Positions 51,107 through 62,248 are shown, counted from the first letter of the stretch. The stretch is DNA of 64,000 bases from Methanolobus sp. (GCA_021767785.1 JAASSR010000001.1:7745-71744), one strand, 5' to 3'. Program-made: numbers and translations. The notes: generated by a model not told the origin, from the letters alone.

Positions 51107-51609
51107 GTTTTGAAGCATTCGTGCTTGATCTTCTTTCTTCTGTTCCTCACTGGCTTGCAACAATGATCATCGGAGCAATGCCGGTATTTGAGCTAAGAGG
51201 TGCTATCCCTATAGCACTGGGCATCTATGACATGCATCCTGTTGCTGCATACGTGTTTGCAGTAACAGGGAATATGCTTCCTGTTATTCCTCTACTTCTT
51301 TTCCTGGATCCTGTTTCAACATATCTCAGAAGATATTCCTTATTTGATATTTTTTTCTCATGGCTTTTCGGAAGAACTCATCGCAATCATTCTGAAAGGT
51401 TTGAAAAATACGGAACTTTTGCATTAACGCTGTTTGTTGCTATTCCACTGCCTGTTACGGGCGCGTGGACAGGTTGCGCTGCAGCATTTGTTTTCGGCAT
51501 AAAGTTCAGAAATGCATTGATTGCTATATTTGCCGGCGTATTGATAGCCGGGCTGGTGGTAAGTACTGTCACCCTGACGGGTATAAGTCTTATTGATCTG
51601 ATTATATGA
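51103..51609 (+). CDS. COG2426 small multidrug export-like membrane protein
   Basis: PVFELRGAIP, FVAIPLPVTGAWTG. Confidence 0.85.
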   Translation: MSFEAFVLDLLSSVPHWLATMIIGAMPVFELRGAIPIALGIYDMHPVAAYVFAVTGNMLPVIPLLLFLDPVSTYLRRYSLFDIFFSWLFGRTHRNHSERFEKYGTFALTLFVAIPLPVTGAWTGCAAAFVFGIKFRNALIAIFAGVLIAGLVVSTVTLTGISLIDLII

Positions 51610-51709
51610 TATTTCAGATATGTGCTCAACCATCAATGAAAACATGGAAGTCCACAGAGCTATAACTGATTGAATTAAAAGCAAAAAAACTGACCGATCA
51701 AGATCGGTG

Positions 51710-51922
51710 TTATTTGTTCAACATCTCTTTTGCAAGGATGATATCTTCGGCTTTCACGGTCTTTCTGCCTGCATGTTCTGCAAGTCTGATAGCTTCCTTT
51801 GAAATCTCAAGTCCGTATTCTTCCAGGATCTCTGTCAGTGCCATGCCGGCTGATTCACTGACCCTTTGTGCTCCTGCATTCCTTATAACTCTTTCAATAG
51901 GTGCAAATGGTATTATTGTCAT
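51710..51922 (-). CDS. Archaeal histone (HMf family)
   Basis: IPFAPIERVIRNAGAQRVS...AEHAGRKTVKAEDI. Confidence 0.95.
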   Translation of the reverse strand: MTIIPFAPIERVIRNAGAQRVSESAGMALTEILEEYGLEISKEAIRLAEHAGRKTVKAEDIILAKEMLNK

Positions 51923-52078
51923 AAATTCCCTCTTATATCTTCTTATATTCTTAATCAGATTGAATTTCAAATACTTATTAGCAAAATGCCCTATAAATAG
52001 TTTTTTAATAGGTTTCCAAGATGAAATTAATCTGATTTGCCATTTTAAGCATATATTGAAATTATTTTTCCTGCTTAA

Positions 52079-52519
52079 TCATGAATACTTCTTTTTCATG
52101 TGTATTGCCAGATCTTTACCAAGCCTTATACATTCTGCAAGATCTTTTTCATTTGGTATATATTGTATTCTCAGCACAGGATCAATGACCTCTACTCCGG
52201 CTTTTCTCAATCGCTCTGCAATCTGTACAGGTGCTTCTCCGCTCCATCCGTAAGAGCCAAACGCAGCTCCTGTCTTTCCTTCTATGCCTATGTCAATGAG
52301 CTCATCAAGGAATTTGGCGATAGGTTCAAGCATCGTATAATAAAATGTAGATGAACCAATGCAGATAGCATCATATTTAGCAACATCCGCAGGATCCCAT
52401 TCGTAGAAATTATCTATATCGACTTCTATATGCTTCTCGCGTGCACCTTTTGCAATGGCTTCTGCCATCATTTTTGTATTTCCCTGTGTACTCAGATATA
52501 CTATTGCAAGTTTTGTCAT
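52079..52519 (-). CDS. Flavodoxin
   Basis: STQGNTKMMA, GSST, AFGSYGWSGEA. Confidence 0.92.
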   Translation of the reverse strand: MTKLAIVYLSTQGNTKMMAEAIAKGAREKHIEVDIDNFYEWDPADVAKYDAICIGSSTFYYTMLEPIAKFLDELIDIGIEGKTGAAFGSYGWSGEAPVQIAERLRKAGVEVIDPVLRIQYIPNEKDLAECIRLGKDLAIHMKKKYS

Positions 52520-52720
52520 TTTCCCGACTCCCTTTAATATAATTCCGGCAATTTCTGCTTCTGAAATCTTAAATGTCAGTATTTTTATATGATTTTTAAT
52601 TACTCATAAACATTTCTGGTTATTGCATAGCAGAAAACAATATAATTTTTCAGGTTATCTTTATTGCCGATCAGGAAATACAATAATCTGTTTCTAAGTT
52701 TCAAATTATGGAGAATCCCT

Positions 52721-54028
52721 ATGGACGAGAAAATTGCGCCACATATAGAAGAATTAACCATGGCGCTTGGTGATATTGGCAGGGATGAGATCAGCAGAGA
52801 GTTAAAAAAGCTCCTTGAATATCGTGTTCCTCTTAATGAAGCTAAAAGAATGCTTAAAAATAAATATGCTTCTTCATCTTCAAATTGCGTTAATGTCAAA
52901 GACCTTTCACCTGGATTGAACGGTATTGAAGTGACAGGTCGCATAATCAACATTGTTGAGAAGACCGTATCTGTTAAAGGAGAACAGAGGACCATTTTTT
53001 CAGGGACTCTGGGTGATGAAACCGGTATATGCTCTTTCACTTGCTGGGATGACATGTCATTAGAACCCGGTGCTGCAATAACAATTAAAAATGCTTATAC
53101 AAGACTCTGGAATAATCGTCCGGAGCTCTATTTCGGTAAAAGGTCTACGATAACTTACATTGATGAGAATATTCTCCCGGACATTGAAGAGATGTCACAT
53201 TCCAATCTGAAAAAACTGGAAGATATAGTTCCTGCTGATGTACTTGCCAGTTCAGTTGCATTAATAGTTGAAATGTATCATCGTGATATCATGTTAAAAG
53301 GCCAGGAGGTAACTGTTGTGGAAGGTGTACTTGCAGACGAGACTGCAAAGCTTCCTTTTACTTCATGGGTCTCAATTGGGAATATTGATATCGGTGATTA
53401 TATCCGTTTTGAAGGAGCATCTGTCAGGATATTCAGGGGAGTACCTTCTATTAATTTCACAGAGGCAACTTCCATCAAAAAAATTGATCAGACAGGTTAT
53501 ATCCCCTTTACAATGGAATCTGTTAGCAGAGTTACTGCTCCTTTGCCAATTGAAAAGGTCCTTGAAAAAGAAGGTATGTTCGATGTAACTGTCAGCGGAA
53601 ATCTCATTTCTATAAGGTCCGGCTCAGGCCTGATCGAAAGATGTCCTCTTTGTAATCGTGTTACTCAAAAATCGACGTGCCGTTCCCACGGGGAAGTTGA
53701 ATGTCTGACAGACATGCGCATCAAAGCCATCATGGATGATGGCACCGGTGCTGTTCACCTGATGCTCAATCGTGAACTTTCTGAAGCAGTCTATGGTAAA
53801 AATATGTATGATGCCGAAAAGATGTCCAGAAATTCGATGTCAGGCGATATTGTGTTCGAGGATATGAAAAAGGTTCTTACGGGTAGATTCTTTGTGGCAC
53901 GGGGCAATTCTTCGAAAAATGAGTTCGGTGTTTCGCTGGTGGCAAAATCTGTATGGACCCCTGAGGAGGACCTTGGTGAACGGATAGACAGACTTCTTGA
54001 ACAAATTGATCAGGGATGTGATAACTGA
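52721..54028 (+). CDS. Replication protein A (OB folds plus CxxC..CxxH Zn finger)
   Basis: GDETG..FT.W, ADETA.LPFT.W, GSGLIERCPLCNR...CRSHG, IKAIMDDGTG. Confidence 0.9.
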   Translation: MDEKIAPHIEELTMALGDIGRDEISRELKKLLEYRVPLNEAKRMLKNKYASSSSNCVNVKDLSPGLNGIEVTGRIINIVEKTVSVKGEQRTIFSGTLGDETGICSFTCWDDMSLEPGAAITIKNAYTRLWNNRPELYFGKRSTITYIDENILPDIEEMSHSNLKKLEDIVPADVLASSVALIVEMYHRDIMLKGQEVTVVEGVLADETAKLPFTSWVSIGNIDIGDYIRFEGASVRIFRGVPSINFTEATSIKKIDQTGYIPFTMESVSRVTAPLPIEKVLEKEGMFDVTVSGNLISIRSGSGLIERCPLCNRVTQKSTCRSHGEVECLTDMRIKAIMDDGTGAVHLMLNRELSEAVYGKNMYDAEKMSRNSMSGDIVFEDMKKVLTGRFFVARGNSSKNEFGVSLVAKSVWTPEEDLGERIDRLLEQIDQGCDN

Positions 54029-54900
54029 TGGTTGAAAGGGAAGTTGCATACAGGATGTTTGCAAAGGAATTCAATGACTCCCGTTTTCAGTTGTATTCTA
54101 ATTCTTCTTCAACTGAACAGGATGTCTATTCTCCGAATTTCCTTGTTACTCCCACAGGTTTGAAGGTCAACAGGGTCTTTGTAGTGGGTGTTGTAACAGA
54201 GGTGGATAGGTTATCTGAACAAAAGGGTAATGAAAAAGAACTCTGGAGAGCACGTATAGCGGATCCTACAGGAGCTTTTACTGTCTATGCTGGAAGTTAT
54301 CAGCCTGAAGCATCGGTCTTTATTTCAACCATAAAGGTACCTTCATTTGTAATGGTGCTTGGCAAAGTACGTTCCTATGAACCTGGGGACGGTTCAGTCT
54401 ATGTTTCCCTGAGACCGGAGGAGATTAACTATGTAGAGGAGTCTTTACGTGACAGATGGGTGGTGGATACTGCTGAAAAAACCCTTGAACGGCTGAAAGC
54501 CTTTGAAAAACTCTTTTCATCAGATAAAGAAAACGGCAAACTTATGGAAAGTCTAATGAATTATGGTATTTCTGAGTCCTTTGCAAGCGGAATGTGCCTG
54601 TCAATAGATTATTATCATAAAGATAAGGCCTATTACGATTCCTTACTTGCCGAAGTTAAAAAAGCTCTTTGTTCTATCAGGGAAGCTCAGGTGAATGATG
54701 AAGGTCCTGACTATGAACAAATGGTGGAGTCGTTACTGGAAAACATTGATGATGGAAGTGGCTTTGATCATTCGACTTACATACAGAAAGCTTTTTCTGA
54801 GAATATACCTGAACATGTCGCTGAGTCCGTATTAAAGTCTCTTCTGTCCAGGGGTCATATATATGAACCCAAAGCAGGCCTTTTTAAGTTGGTACACTGA
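54028..54900 (+). CDS. RPA-associated OB-fold protein (COG3390) with C-terminal winged helix
   Basis: REVAYRMFA.EF, TPTG.KVNRVFVVG, DPTG.F.VYAG.YQPEA, LLSRGHIYEP. Confidence 0.85.
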   Translation: MVEREVAYRMFAKEFNDSRFQLYSNSSSTEQDVYSPNFLVTPTGLKVNRVFVVGVVTEVDRLSEQKGNEKELWRARIADPTGAFTVYAGSYQPEASVFISTIKVPSFVMVLGKVRSYEPGDGSVYVSLRPEEINYVEESLRDRWVVDTAEKTLERLKAFEKLFSSDKENGKLMESLMNYGISESFASGMCLSIDYYHKDKAYYDSLLAEVKKALCSIREAQVNDEGPDYEQMVESLLENIDDGSGFDHSTYIQKAFSENIPEHVAESVLKSLLSRGHIYEPKAGLFKLVH

Positions 54901-55017
54901 TTATCTTTACTTCAGGACTTTTCTGTTTCATTGCGATATGCTTAAATATGCATGAATATTACTCCTGAAGTGATATTCAAGTATCAATTTATCTATATTA
55001 TCAAAGAAGGGGTATCT

Positions 55018-55608
55018 ATGGAACATGATGAAATAATCGATAATGTAAAAAACAGTATAATGAATATGAAGGGTGTAGGAAACACGCTTTTGCTAAATGA
55101 AGAGGACAGGGAGATCATCAGAGAACTTGAAAAAAAAGCTGATGAGATGACCCTTATGGGGCTTGGGAGGGGAGATAATAAAGGTGTCAAGACAGTCCTT
55201 AAAAACGATGTGATATTCGCTTTTACTACAAACATGGATTTTTGCTGGCCTGAGGGTCCTAATGTCATCCTTATGCACGATGGTTGTGTTGTAGGTCAGG
55301 ATGTTGACGATGAAGAAAAGCTTGAGGAAATAAAATCCTGTAAGGATAAACTTGTAATAGGTAACATTGTGATCTATGATACCAATGTCCTCAAGAAAAT
55401 GGATTCGAAGAACAATCCTCTGATAGTTGTATTACCACCGAAATCCTGTGAAGATGTAGAATGTGTGGAGAAGGTATGCAATGTAGTTCTCGCCTCCCCG
55501 TCTCCTCCCAGTGATGAATACCTCAAAGAGAAAATGGGTCTTGAAAACCTCCATGGCACTGGAACTTTCCTTCTTGGATTCGATTTTGACTGTTCCTGTG
55601 AAGAATGA
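55018..55608 (+). CDS. Hypothetical protein
   Basis: Clean ORF with SD-like GAAGGGG; no motif recognised. Confidence 0.65.
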   Translation: MEHDEIIDNVKNSIMNMKGVGNTLLLNEEDREIIRELEKKADEMTLMGLGRGDNKGVKTVLKNDVIFAFTTNMDFCWPEGPNVILMHDGCVVGQDVDDEEKLEEIKSCKDKLVIGNIVIYDTNVLKKMDSKNNPLIVVLPPKSCEDVECVEKVCNVVLASPSPPSDEYLKEKMGLENLHGTGTFLLGFDFDCSCEE

Positions 55609-55750
55609 CTGAAAGGTAATTGAAAGGTACCTTTAAACAGGCACCTGTAAATCATTTTTTTGCAGATCAATCTAAGTTCTGATTTATCTGATGCATGTAT
55701 TATTGCATTTATTGTTGCAGCTGGAACTACTAAGAACTAAAAAAAAGATA

Positions 55751-55768
55751 GCATGGTCATGGCCATGC
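55751..55768 (-). terminator. Hairpin GCATGG-TCATGG-CCATGC downstream of the aldolase
   Basis: Inverted repeat followed on the minus strand by a T tract (A run at about 55739-55746). Confidence 0.45.
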
Positions 55769-55784
55769 ATGATAATTCAAAGTT

Positions 55785-56708
55785 TTATTCGCCCTTGTAG
55801 ATTTTAAGTGCCTCTTCAACCGATGCATTCTCGATAGTGATAGCATAGATCGCGTTGCTCATCCTTACAGCTTCTTCAAGTGGTTTCTGGTGTATGTTCC
55901 TTCCGGTTGCATTACCATGGGCACCACTGACATGTATCTGGGCGTATAGCTTATCAAGGAAAACCTTTGGATCATCGCTGGAACCGCCGGCACAGACCAC
56001 CTTCGTTCTTCCTGCGGCAAGCACCGCCTCCTTGAATGCTTCTTCTGTTCTCATATTCTCACTTTTCGGATAGTTCACCTTAACAAAGTCAGCATTCAGA
56101 CATGCCCCGACACCTGTTGCTCCAGCTATAAGGTGTGGATCTTTTTCATTGGCCACTGCTTCTCCTCGGGGGTATATCCAGAGCACTGTCATCATTCCAT
56201 ACTGGTGTGCTTCATAGATAAGCTGAGCTGCCTGATTAAGCATTTCAGCTTCGTACTCGCTTCCGAGGTATATGGTATATCCGATTCCAAGGATTTTCAG
56301 ACCACTGTTATCACGGAATTGTGCCACCTGTTTTATATCATACCACTGATTGCTGAAAGGATCATCCTGCTTTGTTTTAACCATGTTTGATTTGGAATTT
56401 ATCTTTACAAGATACGGTACATCAGGATAATCCATTCCATATCTGGCAATAAGGCCCATCTGTGTGGCAAAAACACCTATATTTGAACCCGCTGCTATCC
56501 TGAAAAGGTGTTCAGGTTCATTATCATCTGCCGGGATACCTTCTCCGAAAAAATCATCATTCAGGTGTTCTACTTTCTGGTCACCTGCAAAAAGCATCAA
56601 TCTGCCAGTGTTGCGGGTAATTTCCAGATAGTTCTTGATGTATGTCTTATGTGCTTCTTTTGGCACATCCAACGGTACTTTTATATCTTCTTCTTTTATC
56701 AAGGTCAT
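55785..56708 (-). CDS. Class I (DhnA/FbaB-type) aldolase, probably fructose-bisphosphate aldolase
   Basis: FAGDQKVEH, GYTIYLGS, LWIYPRG, ADFVKVNYP (Schiff-base Lys), AGG, GRNIHQ. Confidence 0.85.
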   Translation of the reverse strand: MTLIKEEDIKVPLDVPKEAHKTYIKNYLEITRNTGRLMLFAGDQKVEHLNDDFFGEGIPADDNEPEHLFRIAAGSNIGVFATQMGLIARYGMDYPDVPYLVKINSKSNMVKTKQDDPFSNQWYDIKQVAQFRDNSGLKILGIGYTIYLGSEYEAEMLNQAAQLIYEAHQYGMMTVLWIYPRGEAVANEKDPHLIAGATGVGACLNADFVKVNYPKSENMRTEEAFKEAVLAAGRTKVVCAGGSSDDPKVFLDKLYAQIHVSGAHGNATGRNIHQKPLEEAVRMSNAIYAITIENASVEEALKIYKGE

Positions 56709-57060
56709 TCAGATCACTCAGAGCTAATATATTGTTCTGTAGGTTTTCGTTCTCTACTACCCTTAATCATGTTTTTCTATTTTAATTGTTGTGTATGTGT
56801 GATTAGTATAAGATTTTTGATTTAAAACCCCTATTCTTATTTAAAAAGCAATTTTTTGAATAATTGCTCATATCTTATTTTAGACATAGTATTCTTCTTA
56901 CTTTCCCGAGATATAAACTATTTCAACGATTATTCTTTTTAAAAATCACTCCATATGTTGTTTTAATAATGGATTAGAGTTTTATATCTATAGTTATATC
57001 AGGTAACTGGAAAACAGATTACCATTTATTGTCAATGTTGAATAGTTATTTTATGCATTC

Positions 57061-58908
57061 TTGGAGCAGGACATGGATTCAATATATTTTTTAGAAGTTA
57101 TAGTCTCTGTGCTTTTTATGAGCATGCTTGCTCAGGCACTTAGCAAACGTTTCCAGGTTCCTGTTATTATATTTCTTTTAATCGAAGGAGTGCTTATAGG
57201 TCCTGAAGTATTGAATTTTATAGACCCTGCCACATTTGGTGATGGATTAACTGCTATTGTCTCTCTTTCAGTGGCTGTTATTGTTTTTGACGGGGGGTTG
57301 CATATTGACATAAAAAGTATTCGGCCAATAAGGAAGGATGCTTTGAAGTTAACTACTATTGGTGTTCTTATCACTTTTTTAAGTGCAACTCTTATAACTT
57401 ATCTGTTTCTTGATGTGAGTATTAAAATTGCAGCACTCTTTGGTGCTCTTGTAGCCGCCACTGGACCCACTGTGATAACTCCTCTTGTAAGGAACATCCA
57501 TGTAAACCACAAAGTTGGTAAGATACTTGAGATTGAAGGTGTTTTCAATGATGCAGCAAGTGTTATTATTGCAGCATTTGCGTTTGAATGGATTGTCTCT
57601 CAATTATATGGATTTGATGCATTTTTGTTTATTCTTCAGAGGCTGATCATAGGCAGTATAGTAGGCTTTATAAGTGGATATGTTCTGAAAAGTTTCCTTT
57701 CGAGTGGTTCTTTGGTAACAGATCAAACAGCAAGATTTTTCACTTTAACATTGGTCATGTCTACTTATGTAGTATCTGAACTATTGGGTAATGAATCAGG
57801 AATACTTGCAGCTGCGGTATTTGGTATTGTTACCGGTACATCTAATATTCCTCACAAACAGGTTCTAAAGGAGTTCAAATCCGATCTTGTTATGATGATG
57901 CTATCACTTATTTTCATACTTCTTGCAGCAATGCTTAAATTCGAGGACATCGTCGCTATTTGGCCCAAGGGTGTTATAGTTGTTTTACTGTTGATATTTT
58001 TAGTAAGACCAATGGCAGTTTTCGTATCGACAGTAAATTCACATCTTAAAACAAAAGAAAAATTGTTCATTTCTTTTATAGGTCCCAGAGGAGTTGTTCC
58101 AGCTTCTATTGCAACATATTTTGCTGTGAAGCTAGAGGCTCTTAATATATTTGGTGGGCAAATGCTTGTGGGACTTGTGTTCTTGACTGTAATTATAACT
58201 GTTATAATGACCGGTACTTTAGCAAGAAGAATAGCTAATCTTTTAGGAGTGATACCTATGGAAATTCTTATTATAGGAGGTGGAGAGGTTGGGAAGATCC
58301 TGGCCGAAAGGTTTGAAAAGCGAGGGGAGAATGTCGTTGTAGTTGATAATTCTGAAGAGAGGTGCCAACGACTTTTGAAACAAGGTATACGTGTGGTTCA
58401 TGGTGATGCAGAGGATATCAATGTACTCAAAGATGCAGGAATAGAGAAAGCAAAATATGTAGTTGCAACTACAGATAAGGACAACACGAACCTCTTGGTG
58501 TCTCAAATAGCAAAAAGCAAATTCAATCTGAACGAAGAACAGATAGTTGCAAGAGTAAACAGTGTAGAGAACTTACATGCATTCTGGGATTTGTCCATCC
58601 GTTCTATGAGTCCTCAAATGACAACAGCTCTGGTATTGGATAATATGGTTGGAAAACCTTCTATGTTCTCTATGTGCGAGGTAGGGGATGAAGGAGAGAT
58701 TCTTGAAGTAAGGGTAACAAACCCTGATATAGCTGGCAAAGCTATAAAAGATTTATCTCTTCCTGAAAACAGTCTTTTACTGATGATTCGGAGAGGTGAA
58801 AAGTCCTTTATTGCCAACGGTAATCTTGTCCTTGAATATGATGATCTTGTGACTGTAATAGGGGAAGGAGATTCAGCAAGGGAAATTGCTGATATTCTTA
58901 ACAGATAA
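57061..58908 (+). CDS. CPA1 (NhaP-like) cation/H+ antiporter with TrkA-N and TrkA-C domains
   Basis: ATGPTV, EGVFND, GPRGVV, GGGEVG, HGDAED, C-terminal RCK_C. Confidence 0.88.
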   Translation: MEQDMDSIYFLEVIVSVLFMSMLAQALSKRFQVPVIIFLLIEGVLIGPEVLNFIDPATFGDGLTAIVSLSVAVIVFDGGLHIDIKSIRPIRKDALKLTTIGVLITFLSATLITYLFLDVSIKIAALFGALVAATGPTVITPLVRNIHVNHKVGKILEIEGVFNDAASVIIAAFAFEWIVSQLYGFDAFLFILQRLIIGSIVGFISGYVLKSFLSSGSLVTDQTARFFTLTLVMSTYVVSELLGNESGILAAAVFGIVTGTSNIPHKQVLKEFKSDLVMMMLSLIFILLAAMLKFEDIVAIWPKGVIVVLLLIFLVRPMAVFVSTVNSHLKTKEKLFISFIGPRGVVPASIATYFAVKLEALNIFGGQMLVGLVFLTVIITVIMTGTLARRIANLLGVIPMEILIIGGGEVGKILAERFEKRGENVVVVDNSEERCQRLLKQGIRVVHGDAEDINVLKDAGIEKAKYVVATTDKDNTNLLVSQIAKSKFNLNEEQIVARVNSVENLHAFWDLSIRSMSPQMTTALVLDNMVGKPSMFSMCEVGDEGEILEVRVTNPDIAGKAIKDLSLPENSLLLMIRRGEKSFIANGNLVLEYDDLVTVIGEGDSAREIADILNR

Positions 58909-58966
58909 ACATTATTTATATGTTGGAAACCAACAACTATTATATTTTCAATTATAGGGTATATTA

Positions 58967-61201
58967 ATGGTTGCAATTAAAACCAAAGAAACTCTCGGAC
59001 GCAGTCTGGGTTTTTTTCAGACGTTTGCTGTTGGTACTGGCACAATGATAGGAGCAGGTATATTCATATTGCCCGGAATAGCAATATCTACAGCAGGTCC
59101 TGCAGCTATTATCTCTTTTCTGCTTGGTGGAATCATATCTATGGCAACTGCCATCAGTATGGCCGAACTTGCTACTGGTATGCCAAAGGCAGGAGGCAGT
59201 TATTATTTCATTAGCAGAGCTATGGGAGCTGCTTTTGGCACTGTAATTGGTTTTGGTGCTTGGCTTGCACTTGTTTTCAAGGGTTCTTTCGCTCTGATAG
59301 GACTTGCAGACTATCTTTTTGTTTTTTTCCCGATTCCTATTCTATTGTCTGCCACTGTAGCAGGTTTATTTCTGCTTATTATTAATTATCGTGGGGCACG
59401 CAGCAGTGGGTCGTTACAGAATATAATTGTTATTTTTCTTATTCTGATACTTGCAATATTCATTGCCAAAGGAATTTTTATTTTTGATTCTCAAAAGTTT
59501 ACCCCATTTATGCCATTTGGATACAGTTCAGTATTTACCACTACCGGTCTTATATTTATCTCGTATCTTGGGATCACTCAACTAGCAGCAATATCTGAGG
59601 AAGTGAAAGAACCTTCTAAGAATCTTCCTCGTGCTCTTATTGCATCTGTGGGTGTTGTCACTCTTATATACGTTGGAGTGATGGTTGTTGTAAGTGGTAA
59701 TTTAACATTAAATGAATCACTTAATACTTTGACTCCTCTTGTTGATGTTTCTATGATGATGGCAGGGGATGTTGGAAAAATAATGATAGTAATTGCAGGC
59801 CTACTCGCAACACTATCTACAGCTAATTCTGCTATTCTTTCTTCTTCTCGCTTTCCCTTTGCCATGGGCAGAGATGAACTGATACCCAGATGGTTTGTTG
59901 AAATACATAAAAAACATGATACTCCATATAATGCTATTATTGCTACTGGTTTTGTTATGATTATATTGTTGTTGCTTTTGAATGTGGAACAACTGGCAAA
60001 ACTTGGGAGTACTTTCAACATCTTGATTTTTGTTTTGATAAATCTTTCTGTAATCATTCTGAGAAAAAGATCACTTGAAGAGTATAAGCCTGTTTTCCGT
60101 GATCCATTTTTTCCTTTTACTCAAATTATAGGTATTATTTTCAGTATTGCTTTGTTGCCTTCTTTGGGTTTATTACCAATGCTCTTTGCATTATTTGCAA
60201 TCGCTACGGGTCTTCTATGGTATAATTTTTATGGCAAAGAAAAAGCTTATCCTAAATATGATATTTTTGATGTACTGGAAAATAATATCCAGCCTCTCTC
60301 ACTTAAAGACAGTTCTACGATTAAAATACTGGTTCCTCTTTCAAATCCTCGACATGAAATTGATTTGCTTTATCTTGCTGATCATCTTGGTGATGAGATA
60401 ATAGGCCTTAATGTGATCAAAGTCCCACAACAAACGAGCCTCTCTGCCGCAAGAGATGCATTTCATTCAAAAAGGATCGCTATAGATGGTATATTAAAGG
60501 AGAGGTTCGAACAATTTCCTATTATTGTTGGTCACAAGAGGGAGTATATTATATCATTTGATCATAGTATAACAAATTCAATTCTGGAGCAGGCAGAGAT
60601 AGAAAATGTAGACTTTATAGTAATCGGATGGCATGAAGCTAATAGATTCCAGCCATCTATGGGTACAGTTGCAAACAGGATTCTTTCTACATCAAGAAAC
60701 AATATAATTGTTCTTAGTGGATATATTCCAGAGAAGGTTGAACGCATTGTTGTTGCTTATAATGGGAAGGATAATTCCGTATATGGACTCCATCTTGCTA
60801 AAAGGTTAGCCAAAAATACCGGGGCTCAGTTGCATATGATCAGAGTTATTGATCCAGAAATGACAGATGATGAAAAGAATTCTATTAAGCAAGGCCTCGA
60901 ATCGGCTTCAGGTGATAGTTCAATATCCAATGTGTTTCTACATTTCCCGGAAAGTCCATCTACAGAGGCAGCTATACTTGATTTTGTTGAAGATGATGAT
61001 GTTCTTATAATAGGTGATTCCAGTAAAAGATTCAAGTTCTCACTAATAGGTGACCTTCCTTCCATATTGATCAGAGAACATAAAGGGGCCGTAATGATAA
61101 TTAAGAAACGCAAACCATTTTCTTCAGAAGGTTTGTATAGTGTTGCTATGAATAAGTTAAAGATGCTGAAGCTTTCCATTAGACGTATCTTTGGTAAATG
61201 A
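58967..61201 (+). CDS. APC-family amino acid permease fused to two USP-like domains
   Basis: GTMIGAGIF, AELATGMPKAGGSY, SEEVKEP.KNLPRA; then ILVPLSNP and IVVAYNG USP starts. Confidence 0.87.
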   Translation: MVAIKTKETLGRSLGFFQTFAVGTGTMIGAGIFILPGIAISTAGPAAIISFLLGGIISMATAISMAELATGMPKAGGSYYFISRAMGAAFGTVIGFGAWLALVFKGSFALIGLADYLFVFFPIPILLSATVAGLFLLIINYRGARSSGSLQNIIVIFLILILAIFIAKGIFIFDSQKFTPFMPFGYSSVFTTTGLIFISYLGITQLAAISEEVKEPSKNLPRALIASVGVVTLIYVGVMVVVSGNLTLNESLNTLTPLVDVSMMMAGDVGKIMIVIAGLLATLSTANSAILSSSRFPFAMGRDELIPRWFVEIHKKHDTPYNAIIATGFVMIILLLLLNVEQLAKLGSTFNILIFVLINLSVIILRKRSLEEYKPVFRDPFFPFTQIIGIIFSIALLPSLGLLPMLFALFAIATGLLWYNFYGKEKAYPKYDIFDVLENNIQPLSLKDSSTIKILVPLSNPRHEIDLLYLADHLGDEIIGLNVIKVPQQTSLSAARDAFHSKRIAIDGILKERFEQFPIIVGHKREYIISFDHSITNSILEQAEIENVDFIVIGWHEANRFQPSMGTVANRILSTSRNNIIVLSGYIPEKVERIVVAYNGKDNSVYGLHLAKRLAKNTGAQLHMIRVIDPEMTDDEKNSIKQGLESASGDSSISNVFLHFPESPSTEAAILDFVEDDDVLIIGDSSKRFKFSLIGDLPSILIREHKGAVMIIKKRKPFSSEGLYSVAMNKLKMLKLSIRRIFGK

Positions 61202-61312
61202 TTATTCATTTCAAAGTCGAATACTTTCACCCTGCTTACGTCCAGGTTATATAGTGTTACAACATACAGTATAATTGCCTCTCCAGAAGAAACAAACAAG
61301 AGGCTTGAGGAT

Positions 61313-62248
61313 TTGAATATGAAGGAATTAGCACAGGAAATAAGTGCCAGGTTCAATGAACTTGGAGTGGAGATCCCTATCGGGGAAATTGAAGAGCGCC
61401 TTGACAAGATGATCAACAAGTTCAAGGTTCCTAAGGAAGAAGCACGCAGAAGTGTTGTAAACTATTTCTTAAAATCATACAATATCAACCGGAATGAGTT
61501 TTATACCGGTCAGTCCGATTCTCCTGTGGAGAACATCTCTGGTGCGACAGAAGATGGAAAATGGCTGGGTGTCAGAGGAAAAGTGATCCAGTTATGGGAC
61601 AATTCACACGAATCAATATCCCAGGTAGGTCTTATAGGGGATGAAACAGGCACTATCAAATTCACAGTGTGGGAAAGTGCAAATGCACCTCTGGTGGAAG
61701 AAAATAAAAGTTACCTGTTTAAGAATGTTGTTGTGAATGAGTGGAATGGTAAGTTCCAGTTGAACGTAAATAAGACCAGTTCTATTGAATCTATTGATGA
61801 TGATATCGAAGTTGGTAATGCTACTGTTGGATTCAGCGGCGCGATGGTTGATATACAGTCCGGTTCAGGTCTCATCAAAAGATGTCCTGAATGTAATAGA
61901 GCACTGACTAAAGGAGCGTGTATGGAACATGGTAAAGTGGACGGAGTTTACGATCTTCGCATCAAGGCGGTAATGGACGATGGTGTTTCCGTGCAGGATG
62001 CAATACTGAAAAGAGATCAGGTCGAAGATATCACAGGTATGACACTTGAAAGTGCAATTGCTCTTGCGGCTGATGCCCTTGATCAGGGAGTGGTACTTGA
62101 ACAAATGAAAGGTTCGCTTGTTGGCAGATACTATCGAATAAAAGGAGTAAGAATTGACAGATATCTTCTGGTAGAATCAATAGAATCTGTATTCTCATAC
62201 GAACAGTCAGAGCTGGATGAACTTATAGCTGAAGCAGAGGTGATCTAA
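61313..62248 (+). CDS. Replication protein A (second, shorter paralog with Zn finger)
   Basis: QVGLIGDETGTIKFTVW, GSGLIKRCPECNR...CMEHG, DLRIKAVMDDG. Confidence 0.9.
   Translation: MNMKELAQEISARFNELGVEIPIGEIEERLDKMINKFKVPKEEARRSVVNYFLKSYNINRNEFYTGQSDSPVENISGATEDGKWLGVRGKVIQLWDNSHESISQVGLIGDETGTIKFTVWESANAPLVEENKSYLFKNVVVNEWNGKFQLNVNKTSSIESIDDDIEVGNATVGFSGAMVDIQSGSGLIKRCPECNRALTKGACMEHGKVDGVYDLRIKAVMDDGVSVQDAILKRDQVEDITGMTLESAIALAADALDQGVVLEQMKGSLVGRYYRIKGVRIDRYLLVESIESVFSYEQSELDELIAEAEVI

Noticed and set aside
51923..51970. Apparent basic N-terminal tail on the histone (ORF-track start at 51970)
   Set aside because: ATG 51922 has a GAGGG SD and gives a standard 70-aa HMf-type histone; the extension runs through AT-rich promoter DNA.
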